In this document: in pieces, positions 1-11,190 of the stretch | Layout: every line of letters starts with the position of its first letter | Numbering within the stretch: position 1 is the stretch's first letter | Source of the DNA: Azolla caroliniana | Lineage: Eukaryota; Plantae; Polypodiophyta | Assembly: GCA_043228905.1 (NCBI GenBank) | Contig: JBHGNT010000004.1 | Location: forward strand, 6,076,001-6,140,000 | Length of the DNA: 64,000 nucleotides | Reading direction: 5' to 3' | Position numbers and translations under genes: made by a program | The notes under the pieces: model-generated | Told to the model about the DNA's origin: nothing | Database searches by the model: none | The model's input: only the letters and a program-made list of their open reading frames with translations

Positions 1-3000
1 ATAAAAGGGGTCGCGTCGGACCCAAGTTTACGGAATCCGGCTAGCATAGGGCACCGGTTCACCGACATAACGCTACGGGAGCTCAAAGTAGGTGGGGGTG
101 GCTTTCTACTGTCGGCGGAGGAGGACAGGTTTCGGAGAATGCTCGGAAGGCATGGGAAAGCCTTCGCATTCTCGCTAGAGGAGATCGGGTGCGTAGACCC
201 AATAGTTGTGGAACCGATGGTGATCTTCACGGTACCGCATGTGCCCTGAAATCTCAAACCGATTTCAGTACCCAGAGCTCACATCCCGAAGCTGATGGAG
301 CTGTTGAAACAGAAGGCCAAGATGGGCATCCTCGAACCGTCGAGTGCCCCATACTCGAATCGGTGGTTTACCGTGCCAAAGAAGAACGGCACGTTACGTT
401 TTAGTCAAGACCTGCAACCGGTCAACAAGGTGACCATTCGGAACGCAGGAATCAGACCGACCATAGACGAGTTCGCGGAGGCCTTCGCTGGAAGGTCGAT
501 TTACTCTGTCGGTGATCTATACTCGGGGTACGATCAGTTCCAACTAGCCGTGGAGAGCAGAGACATTACGACGACGCGGACTCCTCTCGGCCTAGTGCAG
601 ATGTGTACCCTACCACAAGGAGGGACGAACTCGGTGGCTCACATGGTGAACGCGATGAACAAAGTGCTCAGGGATTGCATCCCGGACATCAACATGCCGT
701 TCTTAGATGACATCTCGATCAAGGGATGCCCGGTGGAGGAAAAGGACGAGACAATCGGACCAGACGGATGTCGGAAGTTCGTGGCGGCTCACATCGATGA
801 CTGCGAGAAGGTGTTGCAGAGACTAGAAGGCGCGAGGCTCACCTTCTCCAGGGAAAAATTGGCCTTCGGGAAATCAGAGATCATGGTCGTCGGGCACCTA
901 TGCAGACCATACGGTCGAAAACCATCTCCGGCCAAGGTGGAAGCCATCTCCGCGATGAAGCATGACTGCAATTCGGTTACGGAGGTTCGGAGATTCTTGG
1001 GAGCATGCGCGTTCTACCATATTTGGATTCCACATTACGCCCACGTCGCGGAGCCGCTGTATGGGTTGTTGAAGAAAGGGCGTAAATTTGAGTGGGGAGA
1101 CGAGCATATGGAGTCAGCCCGAAAGATAAAGGAAGCACTTGCCACGACACCGGCGCTCCGAAAGGCTGTCTACGGCAAAGACACTTCGATTTACGTAACC
1201 GTAGACATGAGTCCGACCGGGATCGAATGGGTGATCAACCAAGAGGATGACACTGGCATGAGGTTCCCCATCCGGTTCGGCGCGAAGGTCCTCAGTGAAC
1301 GACAGCGAGGATACGCCCAGGTTAAACGCGAACTCTAGGGTATCATTTCGGCGGTGAAGGCCGATAAAGACTACCTGATCAGGACAGAGGTAATAATCGA
1401 GACGGACTGCCTACCAATTCTCGGCATGGTTTCCGGATGCGCGACGCCGGACCTGGCAATGCTCAGGTGGATAGCGTACATCAAGTCCCTGAATCTGGAG
1501 ATACGACACATTTCCGGAAAAGACAATGCCATGGTCGACATGCTCTCAAGGGCGAGGTTTGAAAACGAGGACGGCATGGTTTCGGAGGACGAGGAAGTCA
1601 GCGTAGATTTCTTCGAGGCGGCATACGTGACAACCAGAAAGGGGAGCACACCGGCGCTTAACGAATTTGACGAGAACAAGTATGACGGGGAGTGCCTCCA
1701 GATCGGCGGGCTCTTGAAAACAATGACACCGGACGCGGCGTGGACAAAGGAAGAGACCAACCGGATCCGGAAGAAAGCGTACCGGTTCTTCCTTCGGGAC
1801 AGGTACATATGGAAGCACCCGAAGAAGAGAAACGGCGTTCCACTTCGAGTAGTGGCAAAGAAAGAAGAACAGGAGGAACTACTGGCGGCATTTCACGAGA
1901 GTCCCTAGGCTGGGCACCGCGGAACGTGGGCCACGTTCGAGAAGGTGAAGGAGAAGTACTTGTGGTCGGGGCTGTACCAGGACGTGCATCGGTTCGTAAT
2001 GACTGGCGAAAGCTGTCAGATGCACTCCGTAGTCTGACATCGGGACGAGCTACACCCGACTTACCCACCTGCGGTCCATTTCAAGTGGATGGTGGACTTG
2101 ATGACGATGCCGATGGGAGTAGGACAGATGCGGTACCTGGTGATTGCGCGAGAAGACTTAACGAACCAGGTGGAAGGTCGTGCACTGCATAACAAGACAA
2201 CCGTGGTGGTATGCCGGTTCCTGATCGAAGAGGTAGTGTGTCAATACGGGTGCGTGGGGAGGATCATGGCGGACCAGGGAGAGTTGGATGCACGGGAAGC
2301 TGAGGAGTCGTTCGACCGGCTAGGGGTCAAACTCTCCCTCACTATGGCGTACAATCCGGAGGCGAATGGGAAGGTAGAACGTGGACACGGGCCGATCGTA
2401 AAGGTGTTGGTGTGTGCATGCGGAGGGCAAGTCGGGAGTTGGCCACGGCTCCTTCCTTACGCACTATGGGCGGACCGAACTACGCACAGTTCGGTGACAG
2501 GGTTCATGCCGGTAGAGCTGATGTACGGACAGAAGTCGATCATGTCGATGGAACGGACGGTTCCTTCATGGGCGGCGGTAGATTGGAAGGATGAGATGAG
2601 CCGAGAGGAATTGCTGGCGGCACGGATTCGGCAACTCGAGCGGAGGCCGGAGGACGTGAAACGGGCGAAGGAAAAGCTGCGGGCGGCAAGGGAGCGGAAC
2701 AAGACCCGGTTCGACCGGACGCACCAGTTGCGACCAAAGAAGATTGAGGAAGGCGATTGGGTCCTAGTGTATGACAGTAGCCTCAACAACCAGCACAGGG
2801 CAACGCGAAAGTTTGCAAGGAGGTGGTTCGGGCCTTATGTGGTGACAGGCGCCAACGACAACGGGACCTACCATCTTGCGGAGATCGACGGTACGAGGAT
2901 GGCAATACTGGTAGCAAGGAAGAGGGTCAAAGAGTTTAAGAAACGACACGAGTGCGAGCCGGATCTGGAAAGCTTGGACGGCGACGAAGGGCGGACCGAG

Positions 3001-3030
3001 GCGGATGACGAACCGGAAGACGAGGAGTAA
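1..3030 (+). pseudogene. Gypsy pol polyprotein (RT, RNase H, integrase with GPY/F motif, no chromodomain) broken by in-frame stops
   Basis: RT motifs DLYSGYDQ, LPQGGTNS, FLDD; RNase H-like YAQVKREL...IETDC; integrase NGKVERGH and WFGPY. ORFs 295-1338, 1354-1908 and 2089-3030 share one frame, with stops near 247, 1336, 1906 and 2036. Confidence 0.92.
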
Positions 3031-3089
3031 CGCATGGACCGGTTTTCTCCAGCAAAAGCCCAATTTTGGCGTATACCGGTGGGGGCGGA

Positions 3090-3775
3090 TGTCGTGAAGA
3101 AAACCGTCCCTAGGCGGAAACCGAGTTTAGCATGTGTAAACCGGCCCTTACACGCGAGCACACTTTTCGTTGTATAGTAAGTAGGTAGGTACAAGTCGGC
3201 TGAGGTGAAATCCTAGGTAGCACGCATTCAATTGGAAGAGAATCGAATTGTGTCTCTGTCCGAAAGGACAGAGAATTAATATGATGTAACAGATGATAAT
3301 GGCCTCCCTCCTTGGGCTATAAAAGAGAGGGAGAGGAATGAAAAAGGTATCGCGCGTTAGAGAGGATGAAGTGTTGTCGGACCGGGACTGAGCCCTTCTC
3401 CTCTGCCACTCTCCATAGCCATTTTTGCGCAGGTTTTCGGGAGGCTGACTCTACTCCGTGGAACGCCCGTGTGCTTCCGGCAGAGTTTCCATCTCGCTCT
3501 TCTATGTGTGTGAGTGAACAAGCGTCGGTGTCCGCCTTGCCGGCCTGTTACTTGTAACTATCTTGATATATATATACATTTATATACATACGTGTTCATA
3601 TACTCGGACTTCTAGTCGTCTCGTTTTGCTGTGTTGTTGGACTGTGATTCCTGTGTGCTCCCGTGTCAGTGCGTGTGCAAGTGTGTCCGTTGCCTTTCCG
3701 TTCTCCCCCTTCTCAGCTATTTCTCGGTCCAAGGCCCCGATGGTCCCGCCTCGTTCTCCACGCACGCGTGTAACA
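3090..3775 (+). repeat. 3' LTR of the Gypsy element
   Basis: Starts TGTCG right after the PPT and ends GTAACA; TATA box CTATAAAAG near 3317. Confidence 0.8.
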
Positions 3776-3791
3776 ACGTGACATTGCTTTA

Positions 3792-5597
3792 ATGGGAGAA
3801 ATCGAACCTCACGAGGATCGAGCCATACAGAAGATAGGACGGAAGAAGCAAGCACAGAATGCTTCGCTCCTCATGGAACTACTAGATCTGAACATGGCCT
3901 TAGTCGAGGCATATCACAATCTACACCACACTACTCGGGCTGCCAAGGATATGGCCCGACATATCAAAACGGTGCATCAACAAGCCAAACGGGCTACCGA
4001 GCTATGGCAAGCCACCGAGGAGAAACTAGCAACATTCAAGCAGCAACATCCAGAACAGCCGCCCTTAATCCTCCCTACGCCGAGTGACGCTGTCTCACTA
4101 GCCACTCTTCCGAACCTGAGCCTGAGTGTTGCAGGTACCGAAGCACACAAAGACGACACCGCTCACTCTAGGGTAGCCACGGTCGATGCCAGCACAATGA
4201 CGGACTCGGTACAGACAAGCGAACCATCGTCACGGGCAGATATCAGCCTGCACCTCCAAACCAGCCACGCCTCCACGCAAACGCCACCAGTCATCATGGA
4301 ACGATCTACACAAACAGACAGGGAACCCCCTCCCCAAATCCAGCAAGCGACAACCCATACCGGACCTCCCCTTCGGGACTACCAAAAGGAGCTTAAGGCC
4401 CAGATCGCCCTGGTCGAGTTGGTAGAACAGAACCACCACAACATCCTTGGCCAGCTACGGGAACAAGCCGCGAGCTGCTAAGCTGACCTCAAGCAACTGC
4501 TTGCTGAAAGGTCAGCCGCACTTGAAGAACGAGAAAGAGAGGTGATGACCCTTCAGGTCTCTATCACTGAGGCCAAAGAATGTTTCATCAAAGAAGCAGA
4601 GTGGAATAGCCAACGAGAACAAGAGCTCTTCGCAGACAACCAGGAATTACGACGTCATCAAGGGGCCTTACAAGACATGGCCAATGAACATATGCAGAAG
4701 TGGAGGATCTCGGAAGAGCAAAGGGCAAAACTTTCCGATGCGTATCACCAGTTGCAAATCGAGCACGTCGCCGCCAGAGAACAACATCGGGACGCTTGGC
4801 GACAGGACATGGACGAAATTGTAGCTCAACTCACCACACGTTATGAGCAGACAATCGCGCTCATCACTGAAAAAGCAAAAGATAATCAAGCTACTTTAGC
4901 ACTCCTCGTCCGCAAAAGCCAAGCAGAAGCCAAGGCCGCAAGGGAGGCAATGGAAGTTCACCACGCTAGCATCGGCATGGATGATACTAAAATCAAGATC
5001 CTAATCAACAAGTATCGCCAACAATTCACCACAAAGATCAAAGAAACACTTGACCATGTCTGGCAGGGGTGGTCAGCCCAAGCCGCGGACCTACACATAC
5101 TACGCGCGGATGCCGAGAACCGACGGAAGGAGGGCCGAGGGTTTTACAAGATGGATGACACCAGCATCCAGACCCTCCGTGAAGACTTAACTGAGGAATA
5201 TCATACCTTAGCAACATCCCACACCGCGGCCATCAAGCAACTTTTAGAGGAATTCAACGACGATCTAATGGTGTTTCGCTTAGAAGCCGAAGCTTACAAG
5301 GAGGAACGACTCGCGACCGGGATTAATAGAGCTCCCACAACCAACAAGCAAGGACCCGAGCCACCCACCACAACAGCTAGACCGGAGGAACCTGCCCCTA
5401 CAGACCTCCACATCCCACCCGAGCCACAGACTACAACAACGACCCCGCCTGAATCGGTCCCAACGGAGGAGGGCGCACACGACGACACAACCATCCCCGA
5501 CTCGGCAACAAAACCTCCATCACCAATCCCACCTTCCGAGCAGCCAGACCAACCCCACGCCCCCGAGGATATCCTCGGCATATTGGAAGAGGAATAA
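3792..5597 (+). pseudogene. Accessory coiled-coil protein of family X (~600 aa, one premature stop at 4479-4481, N-terminus cut by the Gypsy insertion)
   Basis: ORFs 3792-4481 and 4542-5597 are in the same frame; E/Q/A-rich heptad-like segments, Pro/Thr-rich tail, C-terminal EDILGILEEE. Confidence 0.75.
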
Positions 5598-5710
5598 AAC
5601 AAACCTATAAGCCCTCGTATAAACGAGCAATTTTTTGTAATTTGTTTTGTTTTTTCCAAATCCATGGGTACCCCTCTACATTGTGAACCTTGGGTCCGAC
5701 GGACAAAGTC

Positions 5711-5729
5711 CTGTCCCACGGGCATGCCA
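5711..5729 (-). promoter_or_regulatory. Primer-binding-site-like motif TGGCATGCCCGTGGGACAG (tRNA-Arg type)
   Basis: On the minus strand it follows the LTR end AACA after a 2-nt spacer (CC) and begins TGG. It resembles the Tat/Ogre-type Arg PBS as I recall it; identical in copy 2. Confidence 0.7.
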
Positions 5730-5731
5730 GG

Positions 5732-6222
5732 TGTTGTCAATAGGCCAGAAATATAAATATATTATGTAAACTCGCCATTAGGTAGAAGAGTAGGTGAGGA
5801 AATAGGTAAGACTAGAAATAGTCGTGTTTTAGCCCTCACAATCAGCCGATGGCTCGGCTCTGTCTAAAGGGGAAAACTATATAACCCGAGTTATGCATAC
5901 CTCAAGGGGGGATTATCTAGATCGTTCTTAGCGAGAGTAATATCACAGCAGCAAGTTCTGTACGAACTGTTTCCGACCGAGGCCGACTACTGTAATCACT
6001 GTGAGCTTCATCATTTAATATAAGTTTCGTTTTTATTCTTCTATCTGTGTATTCTCCCTGTACTCGTAAATCAAGCTACGTTATTGCCTAATGGGTTGTA
6101 GCTGGGTACGCTCCTCGTTCTCCTTTCTTCTCCCCGTGTAGAAGAGACTTCCCCGTAACACGATCCCTTGACCCCGATAGCCTGTGGGCTCATCGAAGGT
6201 GTTTTCCCAGAAACGGTTAACA
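5732..6222. repeat. LTR of family X copy 1 (491 bp)
   Basis: TGTT...AACA termini; CTATATAA near 5877 on +; right-end block CGATCCCTTGACCC...ATCGAAGGTGTT shared with 14560-15154. Confidence 0.8.
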
Positions 6223-9200
6223 CTTTGTTCTTGGATGGAACACTGGATTTTTTGCCAACTGAATGTTACTCATATTGTCACACCAAATTGTGACAGCACC
6301 ATCTATATACTCTCTCAAATCAGAAAGCAATCTTTTGATCCATACCTCTTCACAGGTAGCTATTGCAACTCCTCTATATTCAGCTTCAGTACTTGATAGT
6401 GCAAGAATAGCTTGTTTCTTGCTACTCCATGAAATAGTTGCACTTCCCAATGTAAAGATATATCCACTTGTGGATCTTTTGTCAGTTTGGCTTCCAGCCC
6501 AATCAACATCTGTATATCCTTCCAGCTTTATGTCCAAATCAGCCTTGTAAAATAATCCATAATTTTGAGTAGCTTTTACATACCTCAAAATTCTTCTTAT
6601 GTAGTCCAAATGTGGCTTTGTTGGTTGTTGCATAAACTGGCTGACTAATCCAACAACATAACTCAAATCAGGTCTTGTTATAGTCAAATATATGAGGCTA
6701 CCCACCATAGACCTATACATGTTTACATCTTCTATTTTGGCTCCCAAATCAACCATCAATTTGCAGTTCTTATCTACTAGTACACCAATAGGTTTGCATC
6801 CAAGCATACCATACTTCTTCAACATAGTTGTTGCATACTGTTTTTGCAACATATATATACCACTTTCAGATCTGATCATCCCAATACCGAGAAAGTATCT
6901 CAGCTCTCCCAAATCTTTCATATGAAATTGCATTTCCATATTTTTTTTTAACTTTCTTATTTCAGCCATGGAATTACCTCCAATGATTAAATCATCAACA
7001 TAAATTAGGATAACAACAATGCAATCATTTATCTTTTTTACATATAATGATGGATCAGCTTTTGACATTCTGAAGGCAGATTTTTTCAGAGATTCTGAAA
7101 GCCCCTTATGCCATGCTCTCGATGCCTATTTCAATCCATAGAGAGCCTTTTTCAGCCTACATACACATTCTGGATGCTTCTTATCTTCAAAACCTGGTGG
7201 TTGACACATGTATACTTCCTCTTCCAAGTTACCATGTAAAAAAACATTTTTTACATCTATATGGTGCAGAACCAATTTTTTGCCTGCACTCACAGCAAGT
7301 AGTGTTATCAATGTTGCCATCTTTGCAACCGGTGCAAATGTTTCATCATAATCAATTCCATGCATCTGGGCATATCCCTTTGCCACAAGTCTTGCTTTAT
7401 GTCTACTAACATTTCCATTGGAGTCATGCTTTGTCTTGTAGACCCATTTGCAACCTACAACATTTTTTCCTTTCGGTAACTTTACCAAATCCCGTGTTCT
7501 ATTTTCAGCCAATGCATCTATTTCTTCTTGCATTGCATTCACCCATTTCTTATCAGATTTTGCTTCATCAAAACTATTTGGATCAGGGATTTGTACCACT
7601 TTAGACATGTATGCATAATGCATAGCCATATATGTGTCATAACCAAATCTTTCCACGGTCTTTTTCTCTCTATCTGATCTTCTCAGTTTCTGATTTGCAT
7701 CCTTCATTGCCCTTTCCATACCAGGGATTTTCAGGGATCCTATACCAAGCTCATCATCCAATGATGTATCTGAATCTACATCTTCCATGTTTCTAGATCC
7801 ATCATCAAGCATTTCATATTCTGGCATTTTCTGTTTTCCCTTTTTATCATCATAATTTTTGTCTTGCACTTTTTCCACTCCATGCGTTAGATTCAGATTT
7901 ACTACCTGAGTTTCCAGATGGTCCAGTACATTCCATTGATGTTGAACTTTGTTGTCCAACATTGCTTCCATCTCTGTGCTTATCTCTTACATTTTCAAAT
8001 TTATCCTTGTCTTCATTTTCATTGTCTTCATTAATTTCTTCATTTTGTTTTGGGTTATACTAGCTACCCAACTCATCAAATATTACATCCCAACTTACCA
8101 CAATCTTTTTTGTCAAAGGGTTATAGCATCTATACCCTTTTTGCTCCTCTAAATATCCAACAAGAACACATTTTTCAGCTTTTGGATCAAACTTACTTCT
8201 TACTTCAGCAGGTACATGAACATAGGCAAGGCATCCAAACACTTTTAAGTGTTCTAAACTAGGCTTTCTACCATAGAAACATTCTTCAGGAGTTACTTCA
8301 TGCACTCCAGACGTTATACATCTATTTAGAATGTAGTTTGTTGTGTTTACAACTTTTGCCCAATAATAAAATGGCATATTTTTTTCAATCATCATGGCTC
8401 TTGCTATGTTCACCAGAGTTTTGTTTTTTCTCTTAGCAACTCCATTTTACTGTGGAGTATATCTACATGTAAACTGTCTCCTTATTCCTTGATTACATAG
8501 AAAATCAGAAAACTCATTTGAGAAGTATTCTCCTCCTCCATCAGATCTTAGGCATTTTATTCTAGTTCCAACCTGCTTTTCTACCATACATTTAAACTTA
8601 CGAAAGCAATCAAATACTTCACTTTTTTCTTTTATGAAGTAAACCCATGTTTTCCTTGAGCAATCATCATTTTGCTTTTTATAGCACTCAGCCTCTGTAT
8701 GGCCTAGTTTTCCACAATACCAACTACCATCATCATTCAAATAGGTTTGCTTACCTCTTCCTCGATTGCTCCCCCTGCCTCTGATGTTGTTTCATCCACT
8801 TACAGCCTATTGTCCTCTTCCTTGATAATTGTTGTTGGTTCTAACTGAACCAAATCTTCAATGGCCTCTTCCTCGGCCTCTTCCAGCACTATTGTAGACG
8901 GTTTGCCCCTCATCCTCTGAGTTTCCTTTGTTTACATCATCCATTTGATTTCTTTCTTCTACTACAAGCATTGAAACCAAATCTGGAAAACTTGGGATGC
9001 TATCCCTTGTGAGAATAGATGTTTCGAAGCTTTTATATTGAGCTCCTAAACCTCTTAAGCATATTTCCACCTTATCATCATCTTCTACCTTCACATTGAT
9101 AGAAGCAAGTGATTCACATATGCTCTTTATTTTTAGAGCATACTCATTCACTAACATCTTACCTTTTTCCAAGGTATTTAGCTCAGTCTTCAACTAAAGC

Positions 9201-9537
9201 TTTCTAGCCTTTGTGTTCATTGCAAACAGTTTTACCAAACTGTCCCAAGCTTCTTTTGGAAGCATAGCATCCTGTATGTGTCCAAGCATCGAATCTGAGA
9301 TGCTAAGTGGCAGCCAATGCAATACCTTTCTTGCCCCGTGATTCCATTCTTTAAATGCTTTAATCTATGCAATAGTTGCATTTTCTTCAGGGATCTCTGG
9401 AGCCTCTTCTAGGTCTCCTTCAATGTAATCCCAGTATCCTTTTCCCATCACGAAATTTGTCATTCTAAATTCCACGCCGGGAAATTGTTTTTATCTAATT
9501 TTTCTGTAACTATTTGGCTTGCATTTTCAGCAGCCAT
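6223..9537 (-). pseudogene. Copia gag-pol with stops, frameshifts and an internal deletion of the protease region
   Basis: ORFs 8858-9193, 8447-8740, 8060-8413, 7126-7971 and 6217-7068; start MAAENASQIVTEKLDK at 9537. Confidence 0.9.
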
Positions 9538-9651
9538 CTCTCTTTCAATTAGGGTTAACTTCATAGACAACTCTCTTTGATTCAGATTAGCAAACAGAGA
9601 AACAACCTTTCTCACATCTGTATACTGTTCTAATCTTCTTTACGAGCAACT

Positions 9652-9665
9652 CCACTCTGATACCA
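9652..9665 (-). promoter_or_regulatory. Copia PBS complementary to initiator tRNA-Met
   Basis: Minus strand reads TGGTATCAGAGTGG directly after the LTR end CGTAACA. Confidence 0.9.
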
Positions 9666-10039
9666 TGTTACGAAGGCGCTACGGCTCTTCTGTGTGCACA
9701 GCGGATCGTGATGTGCTGGATCATTCAGTGCTCAAGACAGAAAGGAAGGGGGAAAGAGACTTACCTCTACACAGTCCAAAAGCTTCTACTTCATTACACG
9801 CAAAGCTCAACTCGCTCTCGTTAGTTTTCTGTTTTTCTGTTCTTACAACTCTCTACACTACTCTCACTCTTCTTTTCTAATTAGCTGCCAGTAGCTAATT
9901 AGATGTTTGTAGCTAAATAGTTGTCAGTAGCTAAATAGTTGTTTCACCTTTATGTCCACTAGTAGCTAATTAGTTAATAACTACTATAGCTTATTTCTCA
10001 ATAAGCATCACATACGTTTGTTGAGCTTGCTTCTCAACA
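9666..10039 (-). repeat. Copia 5' LTR (~374 bp)
   Basis: Minus-strand TGTTGAG...GTAACA termini; adjacent PBS; internal short TAGCTAA repeats. Confidence 0.85.
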
Positions 10040-10103
10040 CTCCCGACCTAAGGATTTCTCAACGCTATGAGACCTACACGCTCGCCAACTACGCCACCAA
10101 CCC
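10040..10103 (-). pseudogene. tRNA-Met(CAU) pseudogene copy A, truncated at the T-arm by the Copia LTR
   Basis: Matches copy C from the 5' end up to the start of the B-box, then abuts the LTR. Confidence 0.8.
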
Positions 10104-10458
10104 ATTGACAAGTGTGATTTCATCTTACTTGACAGAAACTAATTGTATGATATAAGTGTTTCAACATAAACAAGAGTGAATCAAACTATTTTTGAGATTC
10201 AGAGCTTTACTATCCTATAAATGTTTTAATTTCTTCACCATGAAAAATTCAAAAGGAGTAATTTAAAAAAGAAGACGTAGTTTAATGGATTTGTTAAGTG
10301 GTATAGAACTGTATAATACTATTTTTCAAAAGAATTTCTACTATCATGTGAATGTTTTGCATTGTTCATCACAGAAATTCTAAATGAGCCATCTCCCACA
10401 TAAGAGGTGGTTTAATGGGTTTATTATGAAAGGGAAGAGCGGGTTTAAAAGTATTTGT

Positions 10459-10502
10459 CGAAGCTATGAGACCTACACGCTAACATAAAGTACCACCACC
10501 CC
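10459..10502 (-). pseudogene. tRNA-Met pseudogene copy B (degenerate 5' half only)
   Basis: AAGCTATGAGACCTACACGC...CCACCACCCC on + matches the 5' half and intron start of the other copies. Confidence 0.65.
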
Positions 10503-10611
10503 ATTCATGAGTGTCATTTGTAGTATCATGTAAATGTTAAGAATAGGATTGGTCAATATGGTCAACCGACTTCTCCCAATAGGAAGGTAAAATACCTAAC
10601 CTTATTAAGAA

Positions 10612-10695
10612 TGGGGTGAGAGAGGCTCGAACTCTCGACCTCAGGATATCTCGGAGCTATGAGACCTACGTGCTAGCCAACTACGCCACCACCCC
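10612..10695 (-). tRNA. Elongator tRNA-Met(CAU) with 10-nt intron, copy C (best preserved; one D-stem mismatch, may be non-functional)
   Basis: GGGGTGGTGGCGTAGTTGGCTAGCACGTAGGTCTCATA-gctccgagat-ATCCTGAGGTCGAGAGTTCGAGCCTCTCTCACCCCA, matching the plant tRNA-eMet type; TATA-like element upstream. Confidence 0.85.
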
Positions 10696-11033
10696 AGTGA
10701 TGAGTGCACTTTCTATAAACGTGTTCATTTATTCATCACACTAATTCGAAATGACTGATCTAAAAAAGAGGACATAATTTAATGAGTTTTGTTAAGTAGG
10801 ATTAAAGCGTATGAAACTTTTTCAAAACAACTTCTACTACCATGAGAATGTTTTGATTTGTACATCACAAATATACTAAATGAGTCGTCGTTTCAATAGG
10901 ATTGAAGTGTATGAAACTATTTTCGAAATAATTTGTACTACCATGTGAAGGTTTTAATTTGTTCATCACAAAAATTCTAAACGAGTCATCTTTACATAGA
11001 GAAGACGTAGTTTAATAATGGGTTTCTTAAGAG

Positions 11034-11117
11034 TGGGGTGAGAGAGTCTCGAACTCTTGACCTTAGGATTTCTGGAAGCTATGAGTCCTACACGCCAACC
11101 AATTGCGCCACCACCCC
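11034..11117 (-). tRNA. tRNA-Met(CAU) copy D, intron-containing, several substitutions (likely pseudogene)
   Basis: Full length with CAT anticodon and GTTCGAG B-box; D-arm and T-stem changes. Confidence 0.7.
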
Positions 11118-11190
11118 AATGATGATTACACTTTCTATATAATGTAAACGTGTTGATTTATTCATCACACAAATTCAGAATGACTAATCC

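Larger units (their letters stand above)
1..3775 (+). mobile_element. Ty3/Gypsy LTR retrotransposon, 3' part (pol + 3' LTR); 5' end lies outside the window
   Basis: RT-RNaseH-integrase order, purine-rich tract GGTGGGGGCGGA at 3078-3089, then an LTR with TG...CA ends. Confidence 0.93.
3776..6222. mobile_element. LTR element fragment, family X copy 1: coiled-coil accessory ORF + PBS-like motif + LTR
   Basis: Homologous to 13712-15154 in protein, in the motif CTGTCCCACGGGCATGCCAGG and in the LTR terminus. It interrupts the Copia RNase H at 6222/6223. Confidence 0.8.
6223..10039 (-). mobile_element. Ty1/Copia LTR retrotransposon (5' LTR, PBS, gag-pol), 3' end displaced by nested insertions
   Basis: gag zinc knuckle (YCGKLGH), integrase (LRSDGGGEY), RT (ARLVAKGY, YVDD), RNase H (SSTEAEY, NPVFH); Met-initiator PBS. 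Confidence 0.95.

Noticed and set aside
1371-3194. Antisense and alternate-frame ORFs over Gypsy pol
   Set aside because: Shadow ORFs of a GC-rich coding region.
5708-5731. Motif before the family X LTR as a polypurine tract
   Set aside because: It is not purine-rich; it reads as a PBS on the opposite strand.
6085-6098. 14-bp match GCCTAATGGGTTGT between the family X LTR and the TIR element arm
   Set aside because: Too short, and I see no extension, so it does not show a relationship.
10612-10695. tRNA-Met array as the source of the Copia primer
   Set aside because: The Copia PBS matches initiator tRNA-Met (TGGTATCAGAG); these genes are elongator tRNA-Met ending CACCCCA.
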